64,000 bases of DNA from a candidate division WOR-3 bacterium (GTDB lineage Bacteria; Hydrothermota; Tepidihabitantia; B3-TA06), in assembly GCA_965649265.1 (NCBI GenBank), contig CBFGKC010000003.1, positions 117,641 to 181,640 on the forward strand. The letters are read 5' to 3'. The translations under genes and the position numbers were made by a program. This document shows positions 30,358 to 39,176 of the stretch, piece by piece. Below the pieces are notes generated by a model. That model did not search any database and was not told the origin of the DNA. It saw only the letters and a list, made by a program, of their open reading frames with translations. Within the stretch, counting starts at the first letter, position 1. The number at the start of each line of letters is the position of its first letter.

Positions 30358-30978
30358 TTAGTTCTTCAAGAGCCCCTTTTCAAGCAGGTAGTCGATCAAA
30401 GATGTGGCCGCCTGTTCCATATCGCGGGAGTAGCGGTCGGTCATCTGCGTGAAAAGGGTGTGCATGATAACGAGAGGGGCCGCGATAAAAAGACCTGCTG
30501 CGGTAGTAATAAGAGCTTCAGAAATACCTGAAGCCACGATTGTAGGTTCAACCTCGCCAGCCCTGGCGATGGCTTCAAAGGCTCCGATCATACCGGTGAC
30601 CGTACCCAAGAATCCTAGAATGGGGGCGAGGGTTGTGGACATGGATATCCACAGCATGCCGCGATCGAGAAATGCGAGTTCTGTAGCACCCGCAGCTGCA
30701 ATACTTTCTTCTACAAACTGACGACCCATTTTGACCTTAGCTAACCCGGCGGCCATTATCTTGGCCACGGGTTGAGGTGTAGAATCACAAAGCTCGCGAC
30801 CCGCATCTATGCCCCCTTTGTCGATGGCCGCAGACAGCTGATCCATGAACTTTAGAGGATTGAGACCCGCTTTAAACAAGAGGGTTATCAAGCGTTCGAT
30901 TACGAATGCAAGACCGATTATTGCCGTTAACAGAATAGGCCACATGATTGGCCCGCCTTTTTGCCACAGTTCGATCAT
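30358..30978 (-). CDS. exbB: MotA/TolQ/ExbB proton channel protein
   Basis: APILGFLGTVTGMI, GISEALITTAAGL. Confidence 0.92.
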   Translation of the reverse strand: MIELWQKGGPIMWPILLTAIIGLAFVIERLITLLFKAGLNPLKFMDQLSAAIDKGGIDAGRELCDSTPQPVAKIMAAGLAKVKMGRQFVEESIAAAGATELAFLDRGMLWISMSTTLAPILGFLGTVTGMIGAFEAIARAGEVEPTIVASGISEALITTAAGLFIAAPLVIMHTLFTQMTDRYSRDMEQAATSLIDYLLEKGLLKN

Positions 30979-31080
30979 TGTATAGCCTCCTTTAAGGGCT
31001 TCTTTAGTACTTCATTTTGAGTATAATCAAGGCGTCCTGCTTGTCAAGTGTTCCTTATTCTTGAGAAAGATGGTTGTATC

Positions 31081-33795
31081 CTACACAATTCCAAGCATCT
31101 CCAGCACGAACCTTGATGGTTTTGTCGCCTGACGGAACCTTCTTGCGGGGATGGTTACATAAAGATTCCTTTTTGCTCGTGAAAGACCCACATAGCAGAG
31201 TCTGCGTTCCTCATCAAGAAGGTCTTGAGAGTTGGTACTTCTTGTTGTCGGGAATACGCCCTCAATCATACCAGCCATGAAAACACATTCTGCCTCGAGT
31301 CCTTTAGCCGAATGAGCAGATAAAAGCTTTACTGCATCACTATTCCATTCTGCAAGTTCCAAATCCTCAAGCAGCGCCATCCTGTCAAGAAACAACCCAA
31401 GCTCACCCCTTTTATATGCTGAAGCGGCTACCCTTAACTCGCGAAAAGATTCTGCTACCCTCCCTTGCGAAAGCCTTTTTGATGCGTATTTCGATTCAGC
31501 GAGAAAATCCAACAAATCGCCAGGTGAAAATTCGTCAGCACTCCTTGAAAGCCCTTCCAACGTCTTAAGATATTCATTTATACCGTTTCTTGAGCGTGTT
31601 TTAGCATCCGGAGAAACTTGAGCAAGTCCAGATTCTGCAACAATTGTGTTTGTTTCAGGGTCAAGGCAAAGAAGCCAGTTTAAATGCGACGAGTCAACGG
31701 CTTTAAAGCCGGACTTGAGCATTCTCAGAATACCAAGGACATTGGTAACCTCCTCTTGTCCATGAAATGAGGTCGAACCGATGACCGTAAAGGGTATCTT
31801 TTCTGTAAGTAAAGCTTTTTCAAAGGCATGCGAGTAAGAATTTATTCTGTATAATATTATAAAATCCGACGGCCTTAAGCCTTCGTTTTGTATCAAGTTT
31901 GAAATCTTCGACGCTGCAAATCTTGCCTCATCCTGAGTGTCGCTTGCCTTGTATAACTCGAATACACCTTTCTCCCCGGCCAGCGCTAAGACAGGCACAT
32001 CCCGGGTGTTACGGGTGTTACGGGTGTTATTTCCTTTGAACTCAAGCTGCTGATGAAAATGCCCCGAAGGGGTACGGGTGTTAAATGAGTGGGCCATTAA
32101 GTTAGATAAAATCTTACGAATATCCTCCGTAATCCTGAAGCTTATAACCGACTCAACCTTTTTTAAACCCTCGAACTCCGCAAGAGCTCGATCGATCCGG
32201 GCAGGGTCGGCCCCTCTCCATGTGTATATGGACTGCAGCGGATCAGCCGTCAGAAAGAGCCCGGTATCCGGATTCAAAAGATGCTTAAGCATCCAGTACT
32301 GCAGCGCATCCACATCCTGGAATTCGTCTGCAAGGATAAACGAATACTTTTTCTGCCATTCTTCACGAACATCAGGGTATTTTTCAAGAATCCTGATTGT
32401 ATTGAGCAAAAGATCGTTAAAATCCAGGGCATCGTGTTCTTTTAATTCCTCTTTGTAGTTCCTGAAGAACTCCTCGAACTCATCTTCACCTTCTGCGGTC
32501 TTGTCGAGATCGGGAACCGATCCTTCGGATTCCGACACATTCCTTTTCGTAGCTTCAAGCTTGTCCAAAAGATAGTTGGTTTTATTGGCACCCCATCTTT
32601 TTGAAAGCGCTTCCTTCATTTCGCGAGGCGAGCGTATCTCGAACTCCTCGGGAAGATCGATCCTTGCACCCTCGCTTCGCAGGAACCGCAGGCAAAACGA
32701 ATGAAAGGTTTCTATCCAGGCGTCCGGGATTGTTCTTTCGATAAGTCTTTCGAGTCTTGCGCGAATCTCTTCCACGGCCCTGCGGGAAAAGGCGAGTACG
32801 AGCAGCTTATTTGCCGGGAGTTCTTGTTTTTCGATAAGATGACGGGCCCGATGAACGAGCATGGTGGTCTTTCCGCATCCGACCGAGCCCACGAGGAGAA
32901 GTCTTTTCTCGCTCGATTGCACGATATCTCTCTGCTCCGGGGTCAGGATGAGCCCCTCGACGCGGGTTCTTTCCGGGAATGCGCCGTTTGCATCTGCAAT
33001 CTCCGGCTTCCTGCCGTGTGCCGAAAGCATGTCCGATACGGCGAAAGCTTCCTTCGGTCTGTTCTCCGGTTTTTTTGCAAGCATGGCTTGAACCGTCTTG
33101 CCGAGTTCAAGGGGAATCTCGGCCCGCAAGGTCTGAAGCGGTGTCGGGGTATCGTTTGCGATCCTTGAACGAATCTCATCCAGATTATCTCCGTTAAAGG
33201 GCAGGACGCCTGCCAGCATCTCGTAAAGGATTACTCCGACGCTCCAGATATCGGATTCCTTTGTGAATCTTCCCTGCCAGGCTTCGCTGCTCATGTAGAG
33301 CGGGGTGCCTGCGACGGAGGCCGAAAGAGAGCCCTTCTTTAAAAATCGTGCCAGACCGAAATCGGCAACCTTTACCTCCCCCTCATCGGAGACGAGCACG
33401 TTTTCGGGTTTAAGGTCCCGGTGGACCAGACCCCTGGAGTGAGCGTAAGCGAGGGCGGAAAGAATCTTTTCCGTAATCCTGAGAGCCTCGGATATCTCCA
33501 GTCTTCCCCGCTCGATGAGGTCGCGTAACGAGCACCCCTTCACGTATTCGCTCACCAGTATGAACTGGCCGTCAATCTGGTCGGCGGAGTAGAATCGCAC
33601 GATATTCGGGTGTGTGAGAGAGGCTAGAAGACGGGCCTCATCCCGCAGCATCTGGACATCCTGGGGTCGCATGCGTGAGACCTTGAGTGCAAACTCTAAT
33701 TCCAGAATCGTATCCTGCGCGAGGTAAACGTCACCGAACTGGCCGCCGCCCAGCCAGCGGATGATGCGGTACTTGCCTAAAGTCTGTCTGATCAA
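31081..33795 (-). CDS. Hanks-type Ser/Thr protein kinase fused to a UvrD/PcrA-family SF1 helicase
   Basis: Kinase: LGGGQFGDVY, ALK, HRDLKPEN, DFG, DIWSVG. Helicase: GCGKTT, TFHSF, DEFQD, DPLQSIYTWRGA, HSAKGLE, EERRLCYVGLSRAK. Confidence 0.9.
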   Translation of the reverse strand: MIRQTLGKYRIIRWLGGGQFGDVYLAQDTILELEFALKVSRMRPQDVQMLRDEARLLASLTHPNIVRFYSADQIDGQFILVSEYVKGCSLRDLIERGRLEISEALRITEKILSALAYAHSRGLVHRDLKPENVLVSDEGEVKVADFGLARFLKKGSLSASVAGTPLYMSSEAWQGRFTKESDIWSVGVILYEMLAGVLPFNGDNLDEIRSRIANDTPTPLQTLRAEIPLELGKTVQAMLAKKPENRPKEAFAVSDMLSAHGRKPEIADANGAFPERTRVEGLILTPEQRDIVQSSEKRLLLVGSVGCGKTTMLVHRARHLIEKQELPANKLLVLAFSRRAVEEIRARLERLIERTIPDAWIETFHSFCLRFLRSEGARIDLPEEFEIRSPREMKEALSKRWGANKTNYLLDKLEATKRNVSESEGSVPDLDKTAEGEDEFEEFFRNYKEELKEHDALDFNDLLLNTIRILEKYPDVREEWQKKYSFILADEFQDVDALQYWMLKHLLNPDTGLFLTADPLQSIYTWRGADPARIDRALAEFEGLKKVESVISFRITEDIRKILSNLMAHSFNTRTPSGHFHQQLEFKGNNTRNTRNTRDVPVLALAGEKGVFELYKASDTQDEARFAASKISNLIQNEGLRPSDFIILYRINSYSHAFEKALLTEKIPFTVIGSTSFHGQEEVTNVLGILRMLKSGFKAVDSSHLNWLLCLDPETNTIVAESGLAQVSPDAKTRSRNGINEYLKTLEGLSRSADEFSPGDLLDFLAESKYASKRLSQGRVAESFRELRVAASAYKRGELGLFLDRMALLEDLELAEWNSDAVKLLSAHSAKGLEAECVFMAGMIEGVFPTTRSTNSQDLLDEERRLCYVGLSRAKRNLYVTIPARRFRQATKPSRFVLEMLGIV
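32003..32083. repeat. Intragenic copy of a dispersed repeat element, including 3x CGGGTGTTA
   Basis: 32024-32061 matches 59376-59413 at 34/38 nt, followed by CCCCGAAGG.GTACGGGT in both copies. Confidence 0.8.
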
Positions 33796-34709
33796 TTCCC
33801 TGCCGGAAAGAAGGAAGCCTGAAGGATCTCGGAGTTCCTTGCAAGGGCGCGTCCGACGAATCTTGAGTCTTCGAAACGCAGCTCCCGGCCTGCGGAGACG
33901 CCCGGATACAGGGACGGCTCGAGGCTTCCGATTCTTGAGATGATACGTTTGAGCGCCTTCGTATCCAGGGGCCTGGAGCCGGTTCCCGGTCCCCGGGCAT
34001 CGAGAGAGTAACCGGCGAGGAGCCGCGATGAGAGTTTGGAGAAGAAGGCCGGGCCGGCAGCGTATTCCACACCTAAAAGGTCCCTGTCCCTCGTAACGAT
34101 CATCCCCCTTGCATTGGCGAGCACCGCTGGATCGAGAACGAACCTGTCTGAATCCTGATTCATGGTCGCAGCAAGATCGTGGAATGAAGATGTTATCGAT
34201 TTAACCTTATGGGTGGTCAGTATCCTTGATACCTCGTCCCAAACCCTTCTCTGGGGAGCTTTGAAACCCCGCTCGTGCCTGAGTGAATCGTTGACGCCCC
34301 GGCACAGAATCGAACGCAGCCTGGGGTTAGTGCTCCCAAGGCTCCCCTCGAAATTTCCTGCACCCTCCCAGCGTCCCTCCTCAACGCACGCGACAGGCAT
34401 GCTAGCGCGCGTCCCGGCCTCTATCAATGCAGCGGTCGTCGATACCCTCGTCTGGCGAGCGCCGAATATCTCGTCGCCGTCAAGAAGAAAAAGCGGGTCG
34501 GTTCCCATGTTGTCAATGGCGACCTCGTCAACCTGCGGCATCTGGAGCTCGCTGACCGACACGGTACCGTTCCCCATGCCTTCTTCGAGCGTCAACGGAT
34601 TAAAGGGCGCCTCTCGCTCGCCGTCCAGCAAAGGGTAAACGACGAGGCTGCGAACAAAGAGCGGCTCATCGATCCTCAAATTCTCGAGCACGTCTCCGAT
34701 TCCTTTCAT
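33792..34709 (-). CDS. ARPP-1 family (DUF6569-like) protein
   Basis: PLFLLDGDEIFGARQTRV..PVACVEEGRW..QRRVWDEV signature; ATG at 34709 next to the rimI stop is preferred over 34805. Confidence 0.75.
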   Translation of the reverse strand: MKGIGDVLENLRIDEPLFVRSLVVYPLLDGEREAPFNPLTLEEGMGNGTVSVSELQMPQVDEVAIDNMGTDPLFLLDGDEIFGARQTRVSTTAALIEAGTRASMPVACVEEGRWEGAGNFEGSLGSTNPRLRSILCRGVNDSLRHERGFKAPQRRVWDEVSRILTTHKVKSITSSFHDLAATMNQDSDRFVLDPAVLANARGMIVTRDRDLLGVEYAAGPAFFSKLSSRLLAGYSLDARGPGTGSRPLDTKALKRIISRIGSLEPSLYPGVSAGRELRFEDSRFVGRALARNSEILQASFFPAGN

Positions 34710-34710
34710 G

Positions 34711-35271
34711 CTAGGCCTTCTTTCCCTCATTTCCCTTCTCGCCCGTCCCCCCGCTGGGGGACTCGCCCTCTGCGCCGGGACAGGCCTTGTCGTCTTTTTC
34801 GACAATTGCGAAGGAGTCGTCGAGAACGAGCGCCATCTCGTATGCGTCCGATGAATCCTCGTAGTAGCGTGAACGCATCCTGAGAATCCTGAAGCCGAAC
34901 TTCTCGTAGAGCCTTATAGCCGCAAGATTAGTCGTTCTCACCTCGAGATAGACGTACTTGACGCCCGTCGCTCTTGAACGCTCAAGGATCACCTCGATGA
35001 GCATGGTAGCAAGGCCTCTGCGCCTTGCCTTCTTGTTCACGGCGACATTGACTATGTGCATCTCGTCGGCTACCGTTCTTGCAAAGATATAACCATCAAG
35101 CTTGCCGCCCCCTCCCCCCTCTTCGACCACGAGCGAAATGGAATGGCCAAGTTCGAGTTCCTCCTGTAGCATGCGCATCGACCAGGGCGAAGGAAACGAG
35201 CCTTGCTCTATCTCGAAAACCCCGGCGAGATCGGAGCTAGACATTCGTCTTATCTTTGGGGTGTCTTGCAT
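34711..35271 (-). CDS. rimI: Ribosomal protein S18 alanine N-acetyltransferase
   Basis: EQGSFPSPWS, NVAV..RRRGLA, LEVRTTNLAAIRLYEKFGF; start uncertain (35244-35298). Confidence 0.9.
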   Translation of the reverse strand: MQDTPKIRRMSSSDLAGVFEIEQGSFPSPWSMRMLQEELELGHSISLVVEEGGGGGKLDGYIFARTVADEMHIVNVAVNKKARRRGLATMLIEVILERSRATGVKYVYLEVRTTNLAAIRLYEKFGFRILRMRSRYYEDSSDAYEMALVLDDSFAIVEKDDKACPGAEGESPSGGTGEKGNEGKKA

Positions 35272-35920
35272 CGGGTTTCCGCAGGTAGAAAGGTTCAAGC
35301 GGCTCGGGATCGACGGATTCGTCCCGCATCGCCCAGGCGAGCGCGGCGAGCGCCCGTGCAGAAGGCGCGGCGGCGTGATTTTCGAGTTTTATCAGCCTTT
35401 TTCCGAGAGCGGCCTCGATCTCGCTCGAGTATTTGACGAAGCCCGGACCGAAAACGGCCAGGTTCCCTTCGTGGCCGGCGAGCGCGGCGATCTCCGACGG
35501 AGCAACGATGACGGGTCCTGCCAATCTGTCCCCGCCCCTGTAAAGGGCGGCAAAGACCTCGCCCTTGTAGGCGTCCATGAGCGGGATTCTCAGACCCTCG
35601 ACATCAAAACCGACGCTTGCGTTCAGGACGTCGAGCGTCATGACCGGCACTATCCGCAGGTTCCTTGCGAACGCAATACCCTTTGCGGTCAATAGACCGA
35701 TCCGCAAGGCAGTGAACGATCCCGGTCCTATCGAAACGGCAAGAAGACCCAGGTCTTCAACTTTTCTTGCCGCTTCGCTCAGTACTTGCTCTATGAGTCC
35801 CGGAAGCACCTCGTTGTGGGTGGAACGGCTCTCGGCGTTCCGCTCGGTGACAACTTTTCCATCCTCCAGAACGGCCACGCCTGTCCACTGCGAAGAGGTC
35901 TCGATTGCCAGTAACGTCAT
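35237..35920 (-). CDS. tsaB: tRNA threonylcarbamoyladenosine biosynthesis protein TsaB
   Basis: LAIETS, SIGPGSFTALRIG, LEPFYLR. Confidence 0.93.
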   Translation of the reverse strand: MTLLAIETSSQWTGVAVLEDGKVVTERNAESRSTHNEVLPGLIEQVLSEAARKVEDLGLLAVSIGPGSFTALRIGLLTAKGIAFARNLRIVPVMTLDVLNASVGFDVEGLRIPLMDAYKGEVFAALYRGGDRLAGPVIVAPSEIAALAGHEGNLAVFGPGFVKYSSEIEAALGKRLIKLENHAAAPSARALAALAWAMRDESVDPEPLEPFYLRKPDARHPKDKTNV

Positions 35921-36348
35921 GACATGCGTTCCTCTAAGGGACCTCTAATCTCGATAACCCTCTCGTCATCCTTACCGTCGACAAAGCGAATCTCTATCTT
36001 ACTCGGTACACCGGGAAACCAGGTCGAGCGCTCGGCCCATTCGACGAGCATTATGCCGCCCGGGTCAAAAATCTCCCCCAGATGAAGCGAATCCACCGCT
36101 CCGGGTTCGAGCCTGTATAGATCCACGTGTTTCACGCGGGGAGTCGTCTCATACGTCCTTGCGATAATAAACGACGGGCTTTGCACGCGCCCCGAAAAAC
36201 CCAGCCCCGAGAGTATGCCCTGAATGAGGGTCGTCTTGCCGCTTCCGAGATCTCCGTAAAGTGCCACTACGTCGCCGGGCACAAGTACCCTCGCGATTTT
36301 CGCGCCAAGCGCCCTGGTCTCATCCCCGGTGTGCGTGACGTGCTCCAT
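35917..36348 (-). CDS. tsaE: tRNA threonylcarbamoyladenosine biosynthesis ATPase TsaE
   Basis: GDLGSGKTT, VQSPSF, HVDLYRL, VEWAE. Confidence 0.93.
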   Translation of the reverse strand: MEHVTHTGDETRALGAKIARVLVPGDVVALYGDLGSGKTTLIQGILSGLGFSGRVQSPSFIIARTYETTPRVKHVDLYRLEPGAVDSLHLGEIFDPGGIMLVEWAERSTWFPGVPSKIEIRFVDGKDDERVIEIRGPLEERMS

Positions 36349-36351
36349 CCA

Positions 36352-37116
36352 TTATCCCTTTTCTTCGAGTTTGTTCAAACGGTAAAGATGCCAGCATCCC
36401 TTGAGTGTGAGGTCGCGGTCGATGATTCCAATAGCCGAAGAGAGCGGTGCAAAGCGCTCGGCAAGCCCTCCTGTCGCGACGAAGGTGAAATCGATCTTCG
36501 TTTCTTTTCGCACGGCCGTCCGGGAAGCTTCTATAAAGCCGATGGTCAGAAGATAGAATCCCGACTGCATGCACTCTTCAGTGGAACGTCCAATGTAACG
36601 GGTGGGTTTCGCAAGCTCTATCTCGGGAAGCCTTGCGGTTGAAGACACCAGATGATGAAGGCTTTCGTCGAGTCCCGGGGCTATGATCCCACCGAGATAC
36701 TTTCCGTCGCTGGTCACGAAATCTATCGTCGTCGCCGTTCCGAAATCCACGACAGCCACATCCTTCCCGTACTCGTAGTAAGCCGCCACGGCGTTGGCTA
36801 TCCTGTCAGGACCTAGATTGGACAATGTTTTGTAATTGAGTTCGATACCCGTGACTATATAGGGTGAGACAACGAGCGGATGGCCGAGATTCATTCTCTG
36901 GCGGAACATGGATACGAACTTGGGCGTCAGGGATGGGACGACGGAACAAACGACGGCGTCGCGAGGTTCGCTCATGCCTAGCGTCTTCAGGTACACGTAA
37001 AGCTCGTCTGGTGTTCTTGTCTCCTCCGTCGTTATTCGAGTCACCGAAAGGATTTTTCCGCCCTCGGCCGTCGCTATCTTAGTCGATGTGTTCCCTATAT
37101 CTACGAGAATGATCAT
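36352..37116 (-). CDS. coaX: Type III pantothenate kinase
   Basis: VDIGNT, LGPDR, VDFGTATT, GGIIAPG, ATGG. Confidence 0.94.
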   Translation of the reverse strand: MIILVDIGNTSTKIATAEGGKILSVTRITTEETRTPDELYVYLKTLGMSEPRDAVVCSVVPSLTPKFVSMFRQRMNLGHPLVVSPYIVTGIELNYKTLSNLGPDRIANAVAAYYEYGKDVAVVDFGTATTIDFVTSDGKYLGGIIAPGLDESLHHLVSSTARLPEIELAKPTRYIGRSTEECMQSGFYLLTIGFIEASRTAVRKETKIDFTFVATGGLAERFAPLSSAIGIIDRDLTLKGCWHLYRLNKLEEKG

Positions 37117-37850
37117 TCGAGCCCCATTATGTGCGACAGGGAGAGTTCTAGTTTTTCTCCCCCGCTGGTTTCAATAAAGCCGTTTCCTTCCACGCTCATA
37201 TCGTAAAGTCTCCCTGTCAGTATCTCCTCTTTCCGGTAAAAACGGACAGGTTGATCCGAGCGAATCAACGCATCCCTGATCTCCGCGTGAAAGCCGGAAA
37301 ACCCCTCCGCTTTCAAACGATTTACACCGTCCATCACGCACGAGGTGAGTATTCTGAGAACGTTCCCCAGATCAAACAACCTGCCGGTCAACATGAACAA
37401 GGACGTCGCCGGAACGGAGAAATCACCCGAAAGCCACGATTGATTGACATTTACGCCGACGCCTATCCCTATGACATTCTCGTCGGAAAATTTCCAGGCC
37501 TCGGCGAGAATTCCAGCCAGTTTAGAGTGACCGAAAAGAATATCGTTCGGCCACTTCAGCGAGAGTCCATCCACCAATCCCGAAAGCTCGTTCATCACGA
37601 GATAAGCGCTTACCAGCGGCAAAGCCCAACTTTCCTTGATCTTGCGAACGACGAGAGTGAAATAGAGTCCGCCGTCGGGGGATAACCAGGTTCTGCCTAA
37701 CCTCCCCCTCCCCTCGAGCTGCCTTTTGGCCCACACGAGGTAGGGCGGTTTTGCCTTTATCTCGCGGGCGGCATCCTGCGTAGAGGATAGTTCCTCACGA
37801 TAGTGGACCAGGGTGAGTTCAAGCGTATTTTTCAGCACCTCATTGATCAT
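37113..37850 (-). CDS. birA: Biotin--[acetyl-CoA carboxylase] ligase
   Basis: SSTQ, QLEGRGRLGRTW, LKWPND, KLAGIL, GVGVNV; ATG at 37850 overlaps the upstream stop. Confidence 0.9.
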   Translation of the reverse strand: MINEVLKNTLELTLVHYREELSSTQDAAREIKAKPPYLVWAKRQLEGRGRLGRTWLSPDGGLYFTLVVRKIKESWALPLVSAYLVMNELSGLVDGLSLKWPNDILFGHSKLAGILAEAWKFSDENVIGIGVGVNVNQSWLSGDFSVPATSLFMLTGRLFDLGNVLRILTSCVMDGVNRLKAEGFSGFHAEIRDALIRSDQPVRFYRKEEILTGRLYDMSVEGNGFIETSGGEKLELSLSHIMGLE

Positions 37851-39040
37851 TTCTTCTCGAGTATCGCCAGGGGCATGTGAAGCAAAACGTACGTGTGATT
37901 GTGCGGACTCCTGAAGGTATATTCGGGATAATCGTTCATCTCGATTCCTTCCTTGATTGAAAGCATCATGCCCGATTCCAGGCGCAGTTCGAGATTGAAA
38001 AGCAGTCGCGCCTGGTTGTATCCCGCAGGCCCCTTCCATGGTTCAAGTATGGTAGTGTCGTTGTTGTATCGAGTCCGTTTTGACTGCTGGTATCCGGCTT
38101 CGACAAAAAGAAAGTCCAGGGGCTGCCAGCTTGCGAGGGCTGAAAAAACGTCCGTATCATTCCTGTAAGTTACCGAATCCATATCTCTCGAGATGTTCTG
38201 AAATCTATACTCGGTCCGGAGTTCAAGGCGCTCAGTCGGCCATACAGATATAAAAGGCTCGGCCCAGAAGTATCTCAGGGTATCGAAAACGACGACACCC
38301 TGGTCGGGCCAGCGGATTTCAGAGCGTTCAAGCATTGCCTCAAAACGCGTTCCGAGCCACACCCTTTCTACAGGTTTGATTTCAATCCTTCCCCAGGCCT
38401 TGCTCTTGTCGTATTTCTTTTCCCACACGTACTGAACGCTGTCAGGCCAGTCGAGATACTGGTCGGCCTGCGTGCCGAGCTCACCGTGGAATCTTAAACG
38501 CAGCCAATCCCGTTCGCCCCTGGCGTCGAGCTCGAATTTCAATGGAATTTTCCTGAAAGGGTCCCTTGTCGGGCCGGGCAGGGTATACATGAGACTGAAA
38601 CCGTGATCGAACCGCTGCATCATGCAGTAAAAGGCAATCCAATCGGTATTCTCTCTTCTCCAGGATATGCCGGCACCAAGCTCATTATAATTCTTCTGGT
38701 AATACGGCGAAATCGCCAGATGAGTATAAAGGTTCGGAACGATCATCATTGTCGGCTCGAAACGGTGCTCGGTAAGTGTGTCGTCATAGTTGCGATGCAT
38801 TTGAAACTGGTAGCGCAAGCTGAAACGCTTGTTGAAGGCGGCTTCGGTTTTCAATTCATATAACTGGTACCACCCCGAATGATCGAGGCAGCCCTGGGAA
38901 GTTCTGAATGCGGTGGTCGAACGTTCATACACCCACTCCCAGTATCTCGAAAACTGTGCGATGTTTACGTCCATGCCTCCGTAAATGTTTGTGTCCCCGG
39001 GCATGACGTATGCCAGTAATCCGAGCAGAAGTAAACCCAT
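37847..39040 (-). CDS. Hypothetical secreted / outer-membrane beta-barrel-like protein
   Basis: Short signal-like start; alternating aromatic beta strands. Confidence 0.55.
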   Translation of the reverse strand: MGLLLLGLLAYVMPGDTNIYGGMDVNIAQFSRYWEWVYERSTTAFRTSQGCLDHSGWYQLYELKTEAAFNKRFSLRYQFQMHRNYDDTLTEHRFEPTMMIVPNLYTHLAISPYYQKNYNELGAGISWRRENTDWIAFYCMMQRFDHGFSLMYTLPGPTRDPFRKIPLKFELDARGERDWLRLRFHGELGTQADQYLDWPDSVQYVWEKKYDKSKAWGRIEIKPVERVWLGTRFEAMLERSEIRWPDQGVVVFDTLRYFWAEPFISVWPTERLELRTEYRFQNISRDMDSVTYRNDTDVFSALASWQPLDFLFVEAGYQQSKRTRYNNDTTILEPWKGPAGYNQARLLFNLELRLESGMMLSIKEGIEMNDYPEYTFRSPHNHTYVLLHMPLAILEKK

Positions 39041-39176
39041 AATTCATACTTTAGCCGTGCCGCAAAAAAAGTCAATCTTAGGTGGATGAGAGGACTAACA
39101 TCTTTCCGGCAACTCACCCCCTCACCCTTTCTGTTCCCCTTTATCCTCCGGGAAAAACAAGCCGTTACATAAAACG

